Source: Candidatus Woesearchaeota archaeon (lineage in GTDB: Archaea; Nanobdellota; Nanobdellia; Woesearchaeales; UBA9642). Taken from it: a DNA stretch of 64,000 nucleotides. Below, piece after piece: positions 10,691 to 20,410 of this stretch (its first letter is position 1; each line of letters starts with the position of its first letter). Both the position numbers and the translations under genes were made by a program. Below the pieces are notes generated by a model, which was not told the DNA's origin, did no database searches, and saw only the letters and a program-made list of their open reading frames with translations. The stretch is from NCBI GenBank assembly GCA_041658255.1, contig JBBAAQ010000001.1:100368-164367 (forward strand), written 5' to 3'.

Positions 10691-12861
10691 GTGATCATGT
10701 GGCCACGATGAACGATAAGACAACTATCGATACGCTTATCGAACAGACAAAGAAGGAACAAGAGCAGAAACGTATTAATTTTGTCGTTGCAGCATTAAAT
10801 AAGCTTAAAGATCAGTTTCAGATTTCAGAAAAATTCATCAAGGAACCGATTCAGAACAGTATTGATGCAGGCGCAAGCCGGATTGATATTACTGATCAGT
10901 ATGATACTGAGAAAAATCTCGGATATATCACTATTCAGGATAACGGAAGCGGCATGAGCGAGAAAACCATTCGCGAGTACCTCCTTAATAAGTTTGACAG
11001 TTCTAAGGATGCGGATATCACCAAAATCGGCAGATTCGGTGTAGGATTTGTGTCGCTTTTTGCACAGGACGATCTTGAACGCGTGATTGTACAGACAAAT
11101 GACGGTAAAGAAGAACATCGTGTCGTACTCCTCCCCCCAAAATACGGCTGGAAGGGAACTATCTTTAAAAAGAAGGGGACCATTTTGGCATCTGATCGTG
11201 GAACAACAGTCACGTTGGAGATAGCATCGAAAAAAACCGCATTTGAAGGCACCATCAAAAAAGTCTACACTGATATCGATAATTCTTGCGCGTATACTAC
11301 CGCACCACTCTTCGTACAGGGAAAACAGGCCAATAAAGAGTTTAATATCCCTGATGCAATCTACCAGATGCGTTTTGGAGGATCTGAAATTGAAGGAGTG
11401 ATAGGATATACCACTGATACTGCAGCAACATTCAGTGCCTTTTTCAATAGGCGGCTTCTGGTATCGCATGAATTTGTCCCATTGTTCTCTGAACATAAGG
11501 ACCTTTCCGTCATGGTAAGTTCGTCCTATATTGATTATAATATTTCCCGTGATAAAATTATTAAAAATAAGAAATATGCGCAGATTGTCAATCTTGTCAA
11601 AAAGAAACACGACCAGATCATCTTTTCCATGATGCGTGATATTGAATCAGAAATCAATTATGGTATCGAGGAAAGACCAGTATACCGCTCTGAACCTGAT
11701 TATTCTAAACTTCCGGATTCTCCCGGTTCTTTTTTCAATAATCTTTCATCCAACTTTACACTCACTTCATCGAATAATTGGTCATTACGGAAAAGTAATA
11801 TCGTGACCTATGAGAAATCGCTGGTGTTTACCGGCAACCAGTTTAAATTCAATAAAATAATCGGGTATGTTGAGAAATCACTGGAAAAAGAAAAAGAGCA
11901 TCGTCCGGCGCGCTCAAAGATAAAAAGGGCGTTTCATCGGATCAAAAGGCGTTTTACAAAAGATCTTGACCAGATGCTGGGGTCTCTTTCTGACGAAGTG
12001 CGTGAAACGAAATTATTTACTGCGATTAAGTACATAAATAAAGCTCCACGATTTCAGAAAGTCTCTCTTAATGAAATTATGGACCAGGCGCTCCAGTATA
12101 AAGGCATTCTTGCTGCCAATCAATATGATACATTAAAACTCAGCGAAGTATCCCTCGAGTTCTTGCGGTCAGGAAAAATACTTATTCCCGATGTTCTTTC
12201 ATTTCATGATCCGCAAAATAAACTGCTTTCAAAATTCGGGTCGTATATTAACGTTGACCGCGCATATTCGGCACCCAGTTATGAAAACGAACAGTTTCTT
12301 GAAGAATCAGAAAAGAATTTTCTGGCTGCATTTCGCACGATTGTCGATAAAAGTCCATTAAGAAAACATATCGGCGCAGTGGCGTATGGTCGCAATCTCT
12401 CAAAAGAAAAGCCTTATGATATTGATACCGTATATAATACCATCGGCAAAAAATCTGTTTATGCAATGAAACAATCATGGAAGAGTCGCTTGTCTGGAAC
12501 ATTTCTGGACCGTAAAACGATGTTTCTGAACAGGACGAATGGATATATGCAAAAAGCGATCCAATTCAGTTCAGGGAACGATTATTCATTCCTTTCCTAT
12601 GTTTCTTTACTTAACTCTCTTGCGTATGAATTGATTCCTGAGGACAAGAAAATAACCCGAAAAATGGAAAACTTTGTTGCGACCTATTTCAAAGAGGATA
12701 TCTCCCGAAAAGATTCGCTTTTGGATGAACTTGATCCGGCGGCAGGCACTGCGACAGAAGCAGTCCCGCCTTCACTCTCAGATGGACTTACCGCAGGAGA
12801 CAGAGCCGAGATTTTACAAAAAGGACTTGTTCCCTCAAAGACTTATGATGATGACTGGTGA
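10678..12861 (+). CDS. Hsp90/GHKL-type ATPase domain protein (Bergerat fold) with a long C-terminal region
   Basis: EPIQNSIDAGASRIDI (N-box), ITIQDNGSGM (G1), IGRFGVGFVSLF (G2, Hsp90-like IGQFGVGFYS). Confidence 0.65.
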   Translation: MVSMSDHVATMNDKTTIDTLIEQTKKEQEQKRINFVVAALNKLKDQFQISEKFIKEPIQNSIDAGASRIDITDQYDTEKNLGYITIQDNGSGMSEKTIREYLLNKFDSSKDADITKIGRFGVGFVSLFAQDDLERVIVQTNDGKEEHRVVLLPPKYGWKGTIFKKKGTILASDRGTTVTLEIASKKTAFEGTIKKVYTDIDNSCAYTTAPLFVQGKQANKEFNIPDAIYQMRFGGSEIEGVIGYTTDTAATFSAFFNRRLLVSHEFVPLFSEHKDLSVMVSSSYIDYNISRDKIIKNKKYAQIVNLVKKKHDQIIFSMMRDIESEINYGIEERPVYRSEPDYSKLPDSPGSFFNNLSSNFTLTSSNNWSLRKSNIVTYEKSLVFTGNQFKFNKIIGYVEKSLEKEKEHRPARSKIKRAFHRIKRRFTKDLDQMLGSLSDEVRETKLFTAIKYINKAPRFQKVSLNEIMDQALQYKGILAANQYDTLKLSEVSLEFLRSGKILIPDVLSFHDPQNKLLSKFGSYINVDRAYSAPSYENEQFLEESEKNFLAAFRTIVDKSPLRKHIGAVAYGRNLSKEKPYDIDTVYNTIGKKSVYAMKQSWKSRLSGTFLDRKTMFLNRTNGYMQKAIQFSSGNDYSFLSYVSLLNSLAYELIPEDKKITRKMENFVATYFKEDISRKDSLLDELDPAAGTATEAVPPSLSDGLTAGDRAEILQKGLVPSKTYDDDW

Positions 12862-15800
12862 CGATCATGAAAAAAATAACTAAACGCAAAACCGTCAAAC
12901 AACAGGAAACCTCCGATGGAGAATCAAACAGCGGATCAGATACTCTTGATGTGCTTGTTGATGATGGGTTTCAGCAGGTTGGCGGGGGAGATGATGATTT
13001 TATATGGAAAATCAATCAGGAAAAGATGCAATTAAAGACAACTGCAGCGCTCCTTCCTGACCCGAATGATTATATTCTTGAGTTGTTTTCTTTTGTCCAC
13101 AACACCTCACCATCAAAAATTAAAGTAAAGACAAAATATTCGCAAACAGAAATCGTCGGCGATGGTCATGGTTTTGACCTTGCAGATCTGGATTCGTTGA
13201 TGTCGGTCTTTTTTGTCGTTCCTGATGATAGTGCAGATCTCTATAAACGATTCGGAGGACTCGCGACCGCCATCTACTCTGCAATCAACACCTCTGCATC
13301 TAAGATCGTGATTGAGACGAGAAAAGACAATGTTTCTCTGCGGTATACGGTTCGGGCAGGAACATATAATGCAGCCAATCTGAATGAGCGCATAAATTCT
13401 ATTCGATTCGGAGAAAATAAGATCTCTTTTACTCATGATGAAAAATCAAGTGTGAAAAGCGGCGTGAAAATCACTGTTTCAAAAAATGTTCCGCTCAAAA
13501 ACAAAATTATTGATATTGTCCGATTTAATACCAAAGGCATTGAATTTAACAAAATAAAAAATTATTGCGCGCAGTCGCTTACGCCCACTTTTTTGAATAA
13601 TGTTGATATCTGGGATCGGGGGTCTCTGGAAAAAACTGCTTTTTCCGCCAGAACTTTTTTTACTTCTTCCAATAAATTAGAAAAATATGAATTGAAGATT
13701 ACGGAAAAGAAATTTAATGCAATACTCTGGCTTGATTCCCGTAAATATATAAATAAATTAACACTTCTCCGGTCAGGAGTCAATCATCCTTTTGATGATT
13801 CTAATGTTTATGCGATGGTTCCGCCCTTTCCCGAATCAAATCTCATCCTCGATAGTCCGTATTTCCAGGTGCACATGGATAAGTCGGGAAAACTGAAGGA
13901 GATCCCTTACCTGGCGCGTGATTTTACAAATCCATTAGAAAAACATTTTTCTGAGTTATACACCCAGATCATCAATGATTTCATTCCTCTTGCGGATAAA
14001 AAATCTTCAAAGGATTTTTCTTATGAAGATCATAGCAACTATAATCTTCTTGAGCCGCTCATTCATGAGATGATACGGCGTATGGACCATAACTTTATTG
14101 TTGATAAAGACAAGTATCCTGCTGATGATTACCGAAAAAAATTATTAGACCTGCCGCTCATCAAAATCATAACCAACCCTACTGCTCCCGACGAATATAT
14201 CTCATTTAATACACTTCTTGATACTTATAAGTCTAAACAAATCTATACTACCGGCAGGACCTTTCCCGTGCTATCTCCTGATTGGAATGAGGGCAATTTA
14301 TTGTGCAGAACTGATAATCTTTTGAAACGATTCTGCGAAGAACATGCTGTTCCGTTTCAGGATTATGATGAGATAGTTAATGCGCGGAACGCAGATCAGC
14401 GGAATAAAGAGAATCTTGAACGTAAAATTCTCAAAGAACAGCTAAAAGAGCAGAAAAAAACAGAATTCAAAAAAAAGAGAAACGCATTTTCTGAATTACT
14501 GTCATATCTTTTTAAGTGGAGTAATAATTCTACAAAAAAATCACGGGGTAATGTTTCTGTAGGCGATTCATTAAGTACTATTGTCAGTGGTGCGGGATTA
14601 ACCACTATTGGTACGGTGAGTATGGTAGGTGCAGGTCTCATCATGCTCCCGGTACTTGCTCCTCTGGCTGTTCTCTGTTCAGTAGCATATTTGGGGAAAA
14701 AAGGTAAAGAGTACGCTGCTCCGCATGCACTGTCGTTTTACACAAAGGCTCAGCAGTTCTATGCTGCGCATCTTGAAGAGAGAGTGCAAAAAACAAAGCT
14801 TTCATTCTCTGCAAAATATACTGCATTCAAGACAGGATATCGTCAGATGAAAACTCGTACCGGAACAAAAATATCACATGTCTATGATAGCGCAAGTCAT
14901 GCAGTTACAAAAACAACCAGTGCCATAGGTTCAACTGTTGCTTCAGGAGTTACTTATGTCTCGACAAAGGCCTATCATGCAGGATCAGCATGTATCCGGC
15001 CAGTTGCCCGTGCAGGTTCCTTTGTGTATTCTGAAACAATTCAGGGAATATCCGGAATGTATTCTGCGACAAGTGATGCATTTGTTTCGCTGAAAGAAGG
15101 ATATGCTCAATTTCGCCGTGATCGCAAAGAACGATTCAAAACTAATCGCATGTTGCGGACCCAGCGTGAAAAGGAGAAGATATCAGCATATGAAGCGCTT
15201 CATCCTGAAGAATCTTCTACAGAAAAAGCGCGGATACAGCGAGAGAAACGCGCTGAAAAAGACAGGCGATCAATTGAAAAACAAACGAAGAGATTAGAGA
15301 GGAAACAAGCGCGCGAAAATTTGCGGGAAAAGTCCCGGGAAGAACGCAAGAAATTAAGAAGAGATGCGCAATTAAAAGAAGAGCAGGAATTAATCGACAA
15401 ATATAATGTTCTTAAAGATCAGCATATTACAGGCGCAAAATCTATTTTTGACGCATACACCAAAGTGGTGGACAAATATGGCGTACTGAGAAACATATTC
15501 CCAAAATTTGGCTTTGCGCTGGCCAAATATCCACGGATGGATCCTAAGACAAAAAATGTCATGTTTGAAGATAAATTCTTTTTTTCTTCAAAAAAATCTG
15601 CGATGTATCCCAATTCCAATCAGCCATATACGATCAGTCTTCCCGAAGGGCTTTCGCTGTTACATCGCGATAGAACATATCAAGAGCCTCGGACTACCGG
15701 AAGGGCAGAAGTCTACGTTGACACCCGTTCAAAAGAAAATCTTGAGTATGGAAAAGCAATCGGGTCAAGAAAAGGATTTTTTGCATTAGCGCCGTATATT

Positions 15801-16190
15801 ATCGGCTTATTTGATCATGAGAAGAATCTTCGTTATTCGACTCAGGATAGGACAGAAACACTTTCTTTTTATGATTCGCGGATGAAAGATTCATATACGC
15901 AGTATAAACGGGCGTTTGATAATGAGACCCCATTAAGCATGTTGGTCCTTGACTTTTATGGAAAAGTTTTTGAGGAGATCAAAGATGCAAAAGTATATCA
16001 CGCCATTGATCTCTATCATGCAGGCAATGAAACCGCATTCATCCAGACTTTTGAAAAGCTTTCTGATGAAGAGGTCAGAAAAACAATTAAGAAATTGGTG
16101 CGGATGGATACGCCAAACCAGACTATTGATGCATATGTGGCAAATAAATGTTCTGGTCTTATTGAAGAAATCGGCAGAGCAGAGATATAA
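12858..16190 (+). CDS. large (1110 aa) protein with a degenerate GHKL-like N-terminus, TM segments and a highly charged coiled coil
   Basis: ILELFSFVHNTSPSKIKVKT..EIVGDGHGF..FGGLATAIYSA resembles a degenerate N-box/G1/G2; hydrophobic GLTTIGTVSMVGAGLIMLPVLAPLAVLCSVAYLG; K/R/E-rich repeat region; ATGA overlap with the upstream gene. Confidence 0.55.
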   Translation: MTIMKKITKRKTVKQQETSDGESNSGSDTLDVLVDDGFQQVGGGDDDFIWKINQEKMQLKTTAALLPDPNDYILELFSFVHNTSPSKIKVKTKYSQTEIVGDGHGFDLADLDSLMSVFFVVPDDSADLYKRFGGLATAIYSAINTSASKIVIETRKDNVSLRYTVRAGTYNAANLNERINSIRFGENKISFTHDEKSSVKSGVKITVSKNVPLKNKIIDIVRFNTKGIEFNKIKNYCAQSLTPTFLNNVDIWDRGSLEKTAFSARTFFTSSNKLEKYELKITEKKFNAILWLDSRKYINKLTLLRSGVNHPFDDSNVYAMVPPFPESNLILDSPYFQVHMDKSGKLKEIPYLARDFTNPLEKHFSELYTQIINDFIPLADKKSSKDFSYEDHSNYNLLEPLIHEMIRRMDHNFIVDKDKYPADDYRKKLLDLPLIKIITNPTAPDEYISFNTLLDTYKSKQIYTTGRTFPVLSPDWNEGNLLCRTDNLLKRFCEEHAVPFQDYDEIVNARNADQRNKENLERKILKEQLKEQKKTEFKKKRNAFSELLSYLFKWSNNSTKKSRGNVSVGDSLSTIVSGAGLTTIGTVSMVGAGLIMLPVLAPLAVLCSVAYLGKKGKEYAAPHALSFYTKAQQFYAAHLEERVQKTKLSFSAKYTAFKTGYRQMKTRTGTKISHVYDSASHAVTKTTSAIGSTVASGVTYVSTKAYHAGSACIRPVARAGSFVYSETIQGISGMYSATSDAFVSLKEGYAQFRRDRKERFKTNRMLRTQREKEKISAYEALHPEESSTEKARIQREKRAEKDRRSIEKQTKRLERKQARENLREKSREERKKLRRDAQLKEEQELIDKYNVLKDQHITGAKSIFDAYTKVVDKYGVLRNIFPKFGFALAKYPRMDPKTKNVMFEDKFFFSSKKSAMYPNSNQPYTISLPEGLSLLHRDRTYQEPRTTGRAEVYVDTRSKENLEYGKAIGSRKGFFALAPYIIGLFDHEKNLRYSTQDRTETLSFYDSRMKDSYTQYKRAFDNETPLSMLVLDFYGKVFEEIKDAKVYHAIDLYHAGNETAFIQTFEKLSDEEVRKTIKKLVRMDTPNQTIDAYVANKCSGLIEEIGRAEI

Positions 16191-16537
16191 AAGTATTATC
16201 TTAAGATATACGCATCACATTGTGTTCTCTCACTCATCAATCTTTGCACTCTCGGCAGACTTGATTTTTGCAATCCTCGGATTACGATCACTCTACTTTG
16301 TCATTGCAAAAGTGCATGATATCTTTCATTATCTGCAGTATGGGCTTGCATTCATCCTCGTCTTTATTGGTATGAAAATATTGATTAAGGATTTTATTGA
16401 CATCCCCATCAGCGGTAGCACTTGGTCTGGTATTCTTCACTTTGTTCGTTGCAATTATCGCTTCGATCGTGTTTCCGAGGAATGTTGTAAAGAAAGAAGT
16501 GAAGATCGAAAAGAAAAAGAAGAGACAACAACACTAA

Positions 16538-18508
16538 TCATTCCTCCTTCATATCGACGCCATACACATTTCGTATCTTACTCATCTTTTGTATTAATGC
16601 AGCAATGTCTTTCTCAGGATTCTCTTCGATACCAATGGTGATGACTGCATGGTCTGATTTGCCGAATTTGGTATTGATGGTCTTGACATTAAATTTTTCT
16701 TTCGCAATAAGGGTGAGTATCTCTGCAAGCAGGCCGATGCGATCAACCACATTGACGTGAAGATTATGGATCTCCAGTACACTCTCGCTCACCTGTGGTT
16801 TGATTTCTGATTTTGCATCATAGGCGTGCAGATTGATACAATCAGCCTTATGAATGGCAATCTTTCCATCCCGGGTCTTGAATGCACGGATTTTATCACC
16901 CATTTTTGGATTGCAACATTTTGGGATCTTCACATTAGGGACTTTTCCATTATAGAGGATGTTTCCATCCTTAAATTCGAGTCCGCGCGTCTTAGACCTT
17001 TCTAATCCCTGATTACGTTTAACTTTATCCGGAGGTTTTGGTGCTTGTTCGTATTCGATGCCGAGTGCCTTCTTGATCTTGACCTTGGTCGATGCACTCT
17101 TCACAAAACTGAGCCATGCACGTGAGGGCATGACATTCTTTTGTGTAATGATCTCAACAATATCTCCTGAAGATAATTTATGATCGAGCGGTACAATGAT
17201 TCCATTCACTTTTGCAGATTTGCAATGAGTGCCTACATCACTATGGACTGCATACGCAAAATCAACTGGTGTCGCGCCTTCAGGGAGTGCAATCGTATCA
17301 CCCTTGGGTGTGAATACAAAAATCTCTTTCTGGAATAAATCCACTTTCAATAATTCTACAAATTCATGGGCGTCTGCAGATTTTTGGCGCCAATTAATGA
17401 TTTGTTTAAGCCATTCGAGTCGTCGATCAAACCGCTTATCCTGCTCCTGCTCCTTATACCGCCAATGCGCAGCGATTCCTTCCTCTGCAGCAAAATGCAT
17501 CTCTTGGGTTCGTATCTGTACTTCAAGGATTCGTCCATGACTGCCACGTACCGTGGTATGGAGTGATTGGTAATTATTAGATTTTGGGGTCGCAATATAA
17601 TCCTTGAATTTTTTTGGGATAGGTTTCCATATCTTGTGCACAATGCCGAGTGCGGCGTAACATTCTGCAACAGTACTCACAATGATGCGTATGGCATTTA
17701 AATCATAGATCTCTGAGAATTCCTTATTATCAGTTTTCATCTTCTTATAGATGCTGTAGAAATGTTTTGCCCGTCCATACACTTCAGCTTCAATACCGCC
17801 ATCCTTGAGTGCTTGCCTGATCTCTTTGATGATAATTTCAATCTGTTTTTCGCGCTCGTCACGTTTGAGCGAAATCTTGTTCTTGAAATCCGTATAGATT
17901 TCAGGTTCAAGGAATCGGAATGAGATATCTTCAAGTTCAGATTTTACAGAATTCATCCCAAGCTTATGGGCGATGGGTGCGTAGATATCCATGGTTTCCT
18001 GCGCAACAGTTTTTTGTTTATCCCGCGACCGGTACTTGAGTGTGCGCATATTATGTAAACGGTCAGCAAGTTTGATGATGATGACACGAACATCCTTGGC
18101 TGTTGCGAGAATGATTTTACGGATATTTTCTGAACGCATATCGCTGGGTTCATATATCCGTGATTTCTCATCAATCTTTTTTAATTTAGTCAGTGAGATG
18201 ATGAGTTCAACTGTTTCCTTATCAAACTCCTTTTGGATGGTTGTGGCAGTCACTGGCGTGTCTTCAATAACATCATGGAGTAATGCTGCAGCAATCGAAT
18301 GATAATCCATCTTGAATTCTGCAACAGTCATGGCAGTATTATAACAATGCGTAAAATATTCATCACCGGATTCACGTTTCTGTCCTTTATGCGCGTCATA
18401 AGCGAATCGTACTGCCTTCTCAACGAATTTAAGGTCTGCCTTCGGATTATAGGATTCAACTTTCTTAAGCAGTACGAGAGTCTGCTGTTTAAGTTCTTCA
18501 TCAGTCAT
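16538..18508 (-). CDS. relA: bifunctional (p)ppGpp synthetase/hydrolase, RelA/SpoT homolog (HD + synthetase + TGS + ACT)
   Basis: 656 aa; HD motif LLHDVIEDT; synthetase-region similarity; C-terminal TGS/ACT-like region. Confidence 0.85.
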   Translation of the reverse strand: MTDEELKQQTLVLLKKVESYNPKADLKFVEKAVRFAYDAHKGQKRESGDEYFTHCYNTAMTVAEFKMDYHSIAAALLHDVIEDTPVTATTIQKEFDKETVELIISLTKLKKIDEKSRIYEPSDMRSENIRKIILATAKDVRVIIIKLADRLHNMRTLKYRSRDKQKTVAQETMDIYAPIAHKLGMNSVKSELEDISFRFLEPEIYTDFKNKISLKRDEREKQIEIIIKEIRQALKDGGIEAEVYGRAKHFYSIYKKMKTDNKEFSEIYDLNAIRIIVSTVAECYAALGIVHKIWKPIPKKFKDYIATPKSNNYQSLHTTVRGSHGRILEVQIRTQEMHFAAEEGIAAHWRYKEQEQDKRFDRRLEWLKQIINWRQKSADAHEFVELLKVDLFQKEIFVFTPKGDTIALPEGATPVDFAYAVHSDVGTHCKSAKVNGIIVPLDHKLSSGDIVEIITQKNVMPSRAWLSFVKSASTKVKIKKALGIEYEQAPKPPDKVKRNQGLERSKTRGLEFKDGNILYNGKVPNVKIPKCCNPKMGDKIRAFKTRDGKIAIHKADCINLHAYDAKSEIKPQVSESVLEIHNLHVNVVDRIGLLAEILTLIAKEKFNVKTINTKFGKSDHAVITIGIEENPEKDIAALIQKMSKIRNVYGVDMKEE

Positions 18509-18532
18509 ACGATACAGAGAAGGAGTGACGGA

Positions 18533-18580
18533 TATTTAATGTTTGTGGTTTAATTCATGATGTATTCGGAAGATTTACGG
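18533..18580 (-). promoter_or_regulatory. conserved upstream motif, copy A (upstream of the relA-like gene)
   Basis: minus sense TCCGTAAATCTTCCGAATAC..GAATTAAACCACAAACATTAAATAT; shared with copies at 18993..19043 and 20411..20467. Confidence 0.5.
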
Positions 18581-18624
18581 ATGTACTTTGTGCGGGCATA
18601 TAAGAATATGCGTACACATATATT

Positions 18625-18981
18625 TTATAGAATTACTTTTCTTTTATCTAAATCAAAGACCCCATTTACAGTGATGAGAATGGCATCTTTAACAGTATAC
18701 CCGTTGTTTTTTTTAGTGCAGATATCTATATATTTTCCAGAAGAATAAATTTTTACTTCGCCTTTGATGCGATAATATCCGCCTATGACACAGATATGTT
18801 TATTTTTTTTAAGATTTTGGATTGTGGTTTTCATCTGACAGTTGGCAACAAGCAATTTGCCGTCTATGAATCCTGTCGAGATAACAATATTTGCGTTAGG
18901 GATGCCCTTTTTTGACGATGTTGCAAGCACGAGCTCCTTTCCTTCTTTAAAATTATTTTTCCAATCCATGATTATGACCAC
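18625..18981 (-). CDS. PNPOx-like FMN-binding split-barrel family protein (putative)
   Basis: 118 aa; pattern resembles pyridoxamine-5'-phosphate-oxidase-like/general stress protein 26 folds; weak. Confidence 0.45.
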   Translation of the reverse strand: MVIIMDWKNNFKEGKELVLATSSKKGIPNANIVISTGFIDGKLLVANCQMKTTIQNLKKNKHICVIGGYYRIKGEVKIYSSGKYIDICTKKNNGYTVKDAILITVNGVFDLDKRKVIL

Positions 18982-18992
18982 TAAATCTACAG

Positions 18993-19043
18993 ATATTTAA
19001 TGTTTGTGGTTCAATCCATCAAGAATCCGGAAGATTTCCGATG
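18993..19043 (-). promoter_or_regulatory. conserved upstream motif, copy B (upstream of the PNPOx-like gene)
   Basis: minus sense TCGGAAATCTTCCGGATTCTTGATGGATTGAACCACAAACATTAAATAT, about 12 nt upstream of the ATG. Confidence 0.5.
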
Positions 19044-19072
19044 ATACTCGCGACTTGACGCTCAAGACATTT

Positions 19073-20362
19073 TCACCGAAGCTGCATCAGAAAGTTATTA
19101 TTAAGATTTTTCAGGTTTGTAAGCACAATCTCTTCTATCAGGGAGGAGAATTTTTTATCATCACGCTTTTTCGACCGTTTAGTCAAATCAAGATAGGAAT
19201 CAAAATATCCTATAGGTAATTCCAAAACCAGGATATTATGCATCCGCAATATATGCAGCATCAATAATCGCGAGATTCGGCTGTTGCCGTCCCGGAATGG
19301 GTGTATTCTTTGGAATTCGTTATGAAAGAATGCTGCAAAAGATATTATTTCTGCAATATTCTTTTTCGTGCTTTCAAATAAGATATACTCTTTCATGAGT
19401 TTATCGATTTTTCTTTCTACATCTTTCCAATCACTCGTCTCAAATAAGGGATTTTTTTTTATGAACACATTTTCTTTTCTGAATGTTCCGGCGAACCCTT
19501 TTCCATTCATTGCAGTTGCATGATAGTGTAATATGAGCGCGGTGCTCAGTACAATTTTATTTTTCGAGTTTATGATCATCTGTTCTATGGCTCTCTTATA
19601 ATTGAGTGTCTCTTCGATGAACTCTGCCTTTTGATCTTCTGGCACAATATTTTTTATGAGTAATTTTTCTGTTTCAGGAAGCGTTAATGGATTACCTTCG
19701 AGGCTGAGACTTGAATAGATAAATCCTATCTCCCGATGTTTTTCTTGAATATCAAGGGATTGACTATCTATTCGCATGTTGCGACGGTATCTTTTGAGTT
19801 CACGTGTGATATCTACTATGTGTGAGCGGTTCTTTTCTTTGTAAAACTCTGTTTTTATGTTGAAATAGTTAAGGATCTTTTTTATGTATTCACTCTTCAA
19901 CAATTTGCATTTCAAAGGATTTCTCGATACGATGATGAGAAGGCCATATGTCGATAATGCATCAGTATAAAATCGGAATGTTTCGGGATGGATTTTAATA
20001 TCGTTTATGGTGAAGAATTCCTTTTTTGCCGCATATTTTAAAAAATAGAGCATCTTGGACTTGAATAGGATGTTATAGTTGATGCTGTTTCGTAAAGAGA
20101 AGGAGATAAGATTGAATAATTCTTGCGTAGATGTTGCATTGACTATGACGATATGCTTGCCGCTTCTTTTTACTAAATTCTTTTTTTCAAGAAGTAATAT
20201 GTTATTGAATATGTTCGGGTATTCCTTCCGGTCTTTGCCGAGTTCTCTAATTATTTCATTTACACGTATTTTTCCATTCTTTGCCACAATGTAAAATACA
20301 TCATAAGGCGAGACCATGATAGTTATACGTGATGCAACTTTAAAAAGGTTTCTATTTTCCAC
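19073..20362 (-). CDS. Fic/DOC family protein with an N-terminal wHTH-like region; non-canonical Fic motif HPFRDGNSR
   Basis: HPFRDGNSRISR near the C-terminus (canonical HxFx(D/E)GNGRxxR with the second Gly replaced by Ser). Confidence 0.7.
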   Translation of the reverse strand: MENRNLFKVASRITIMVSPYDVFYIVAKNGKIRVNEIIRELGKDRKEYPNIFNNILLLEKKNLVKRSGKHIVIVNATSTQELFNLISFSLRNSINYNILFKSKMLYFLKYAAKKEFFTINDIKIHPETFRFYTDALSTYGLLIIVSRNPLKCKLLKSEYIKKILNYFNIKTEFYKEKNRSHIVDITRELKRYRRNMRIDSQSLDIQEKHREIGFIYSSLSLEGNPLTLPETEKLLIKNIVPEDQKAEFIEETLNYKRAIEQMIINSKNKIVLSTALILHYHATAMNGKGFAGTFRKENVFIKKNPLFETSDWKDVERKIDKLMKEYILFESTKKNIAEIISFAAFFHNEFQRIHPFRDGNSRISRLLMLHILRMHNILVLELPIGYFDSYLDLTKRSKKRDDKKFSSLIEEIVLTNLKNLNNNFLMQLR

Positions 20363-20410
20363 ATTATATTTAAGAATCGTAAATAAAAAGTGTAAAGTAG
20401 GACCGTTTCC

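Noticed and set aside
10825-11610. 261-aa minus-strand ORF inside the GHKL ATPase gene, plus many other 60-150-aa antisense ORFs (e.g. 1646..1948, 2276..2665, 9305..9742, 17229..17540, 56504..56905)
   Set aside because: They lie fully within longer, motif-bearing genes on the other strand and have odd composition (Cys/Arg/Phe-rich). They are typical shadow ORFs.
5442-16190. Prophage/integrated virus interpretation of the unknown operon (large coiled-coil protein as tape-measure-like)
   Set aside because: No integrase, terminase, capsid or portal signatures, no flanking att-like repeats, and genes are tightly co-directional with overlaps typical of a cellular operon.
15949-16641. 230-aa plus-strand ORF spanning the convergent intergenic region between the 1110-aa gene and the relA-like gene
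   Set aside because: It overlaps the 3' ends of both flanking genes and its sequence is low complexity. It is likely spurious.
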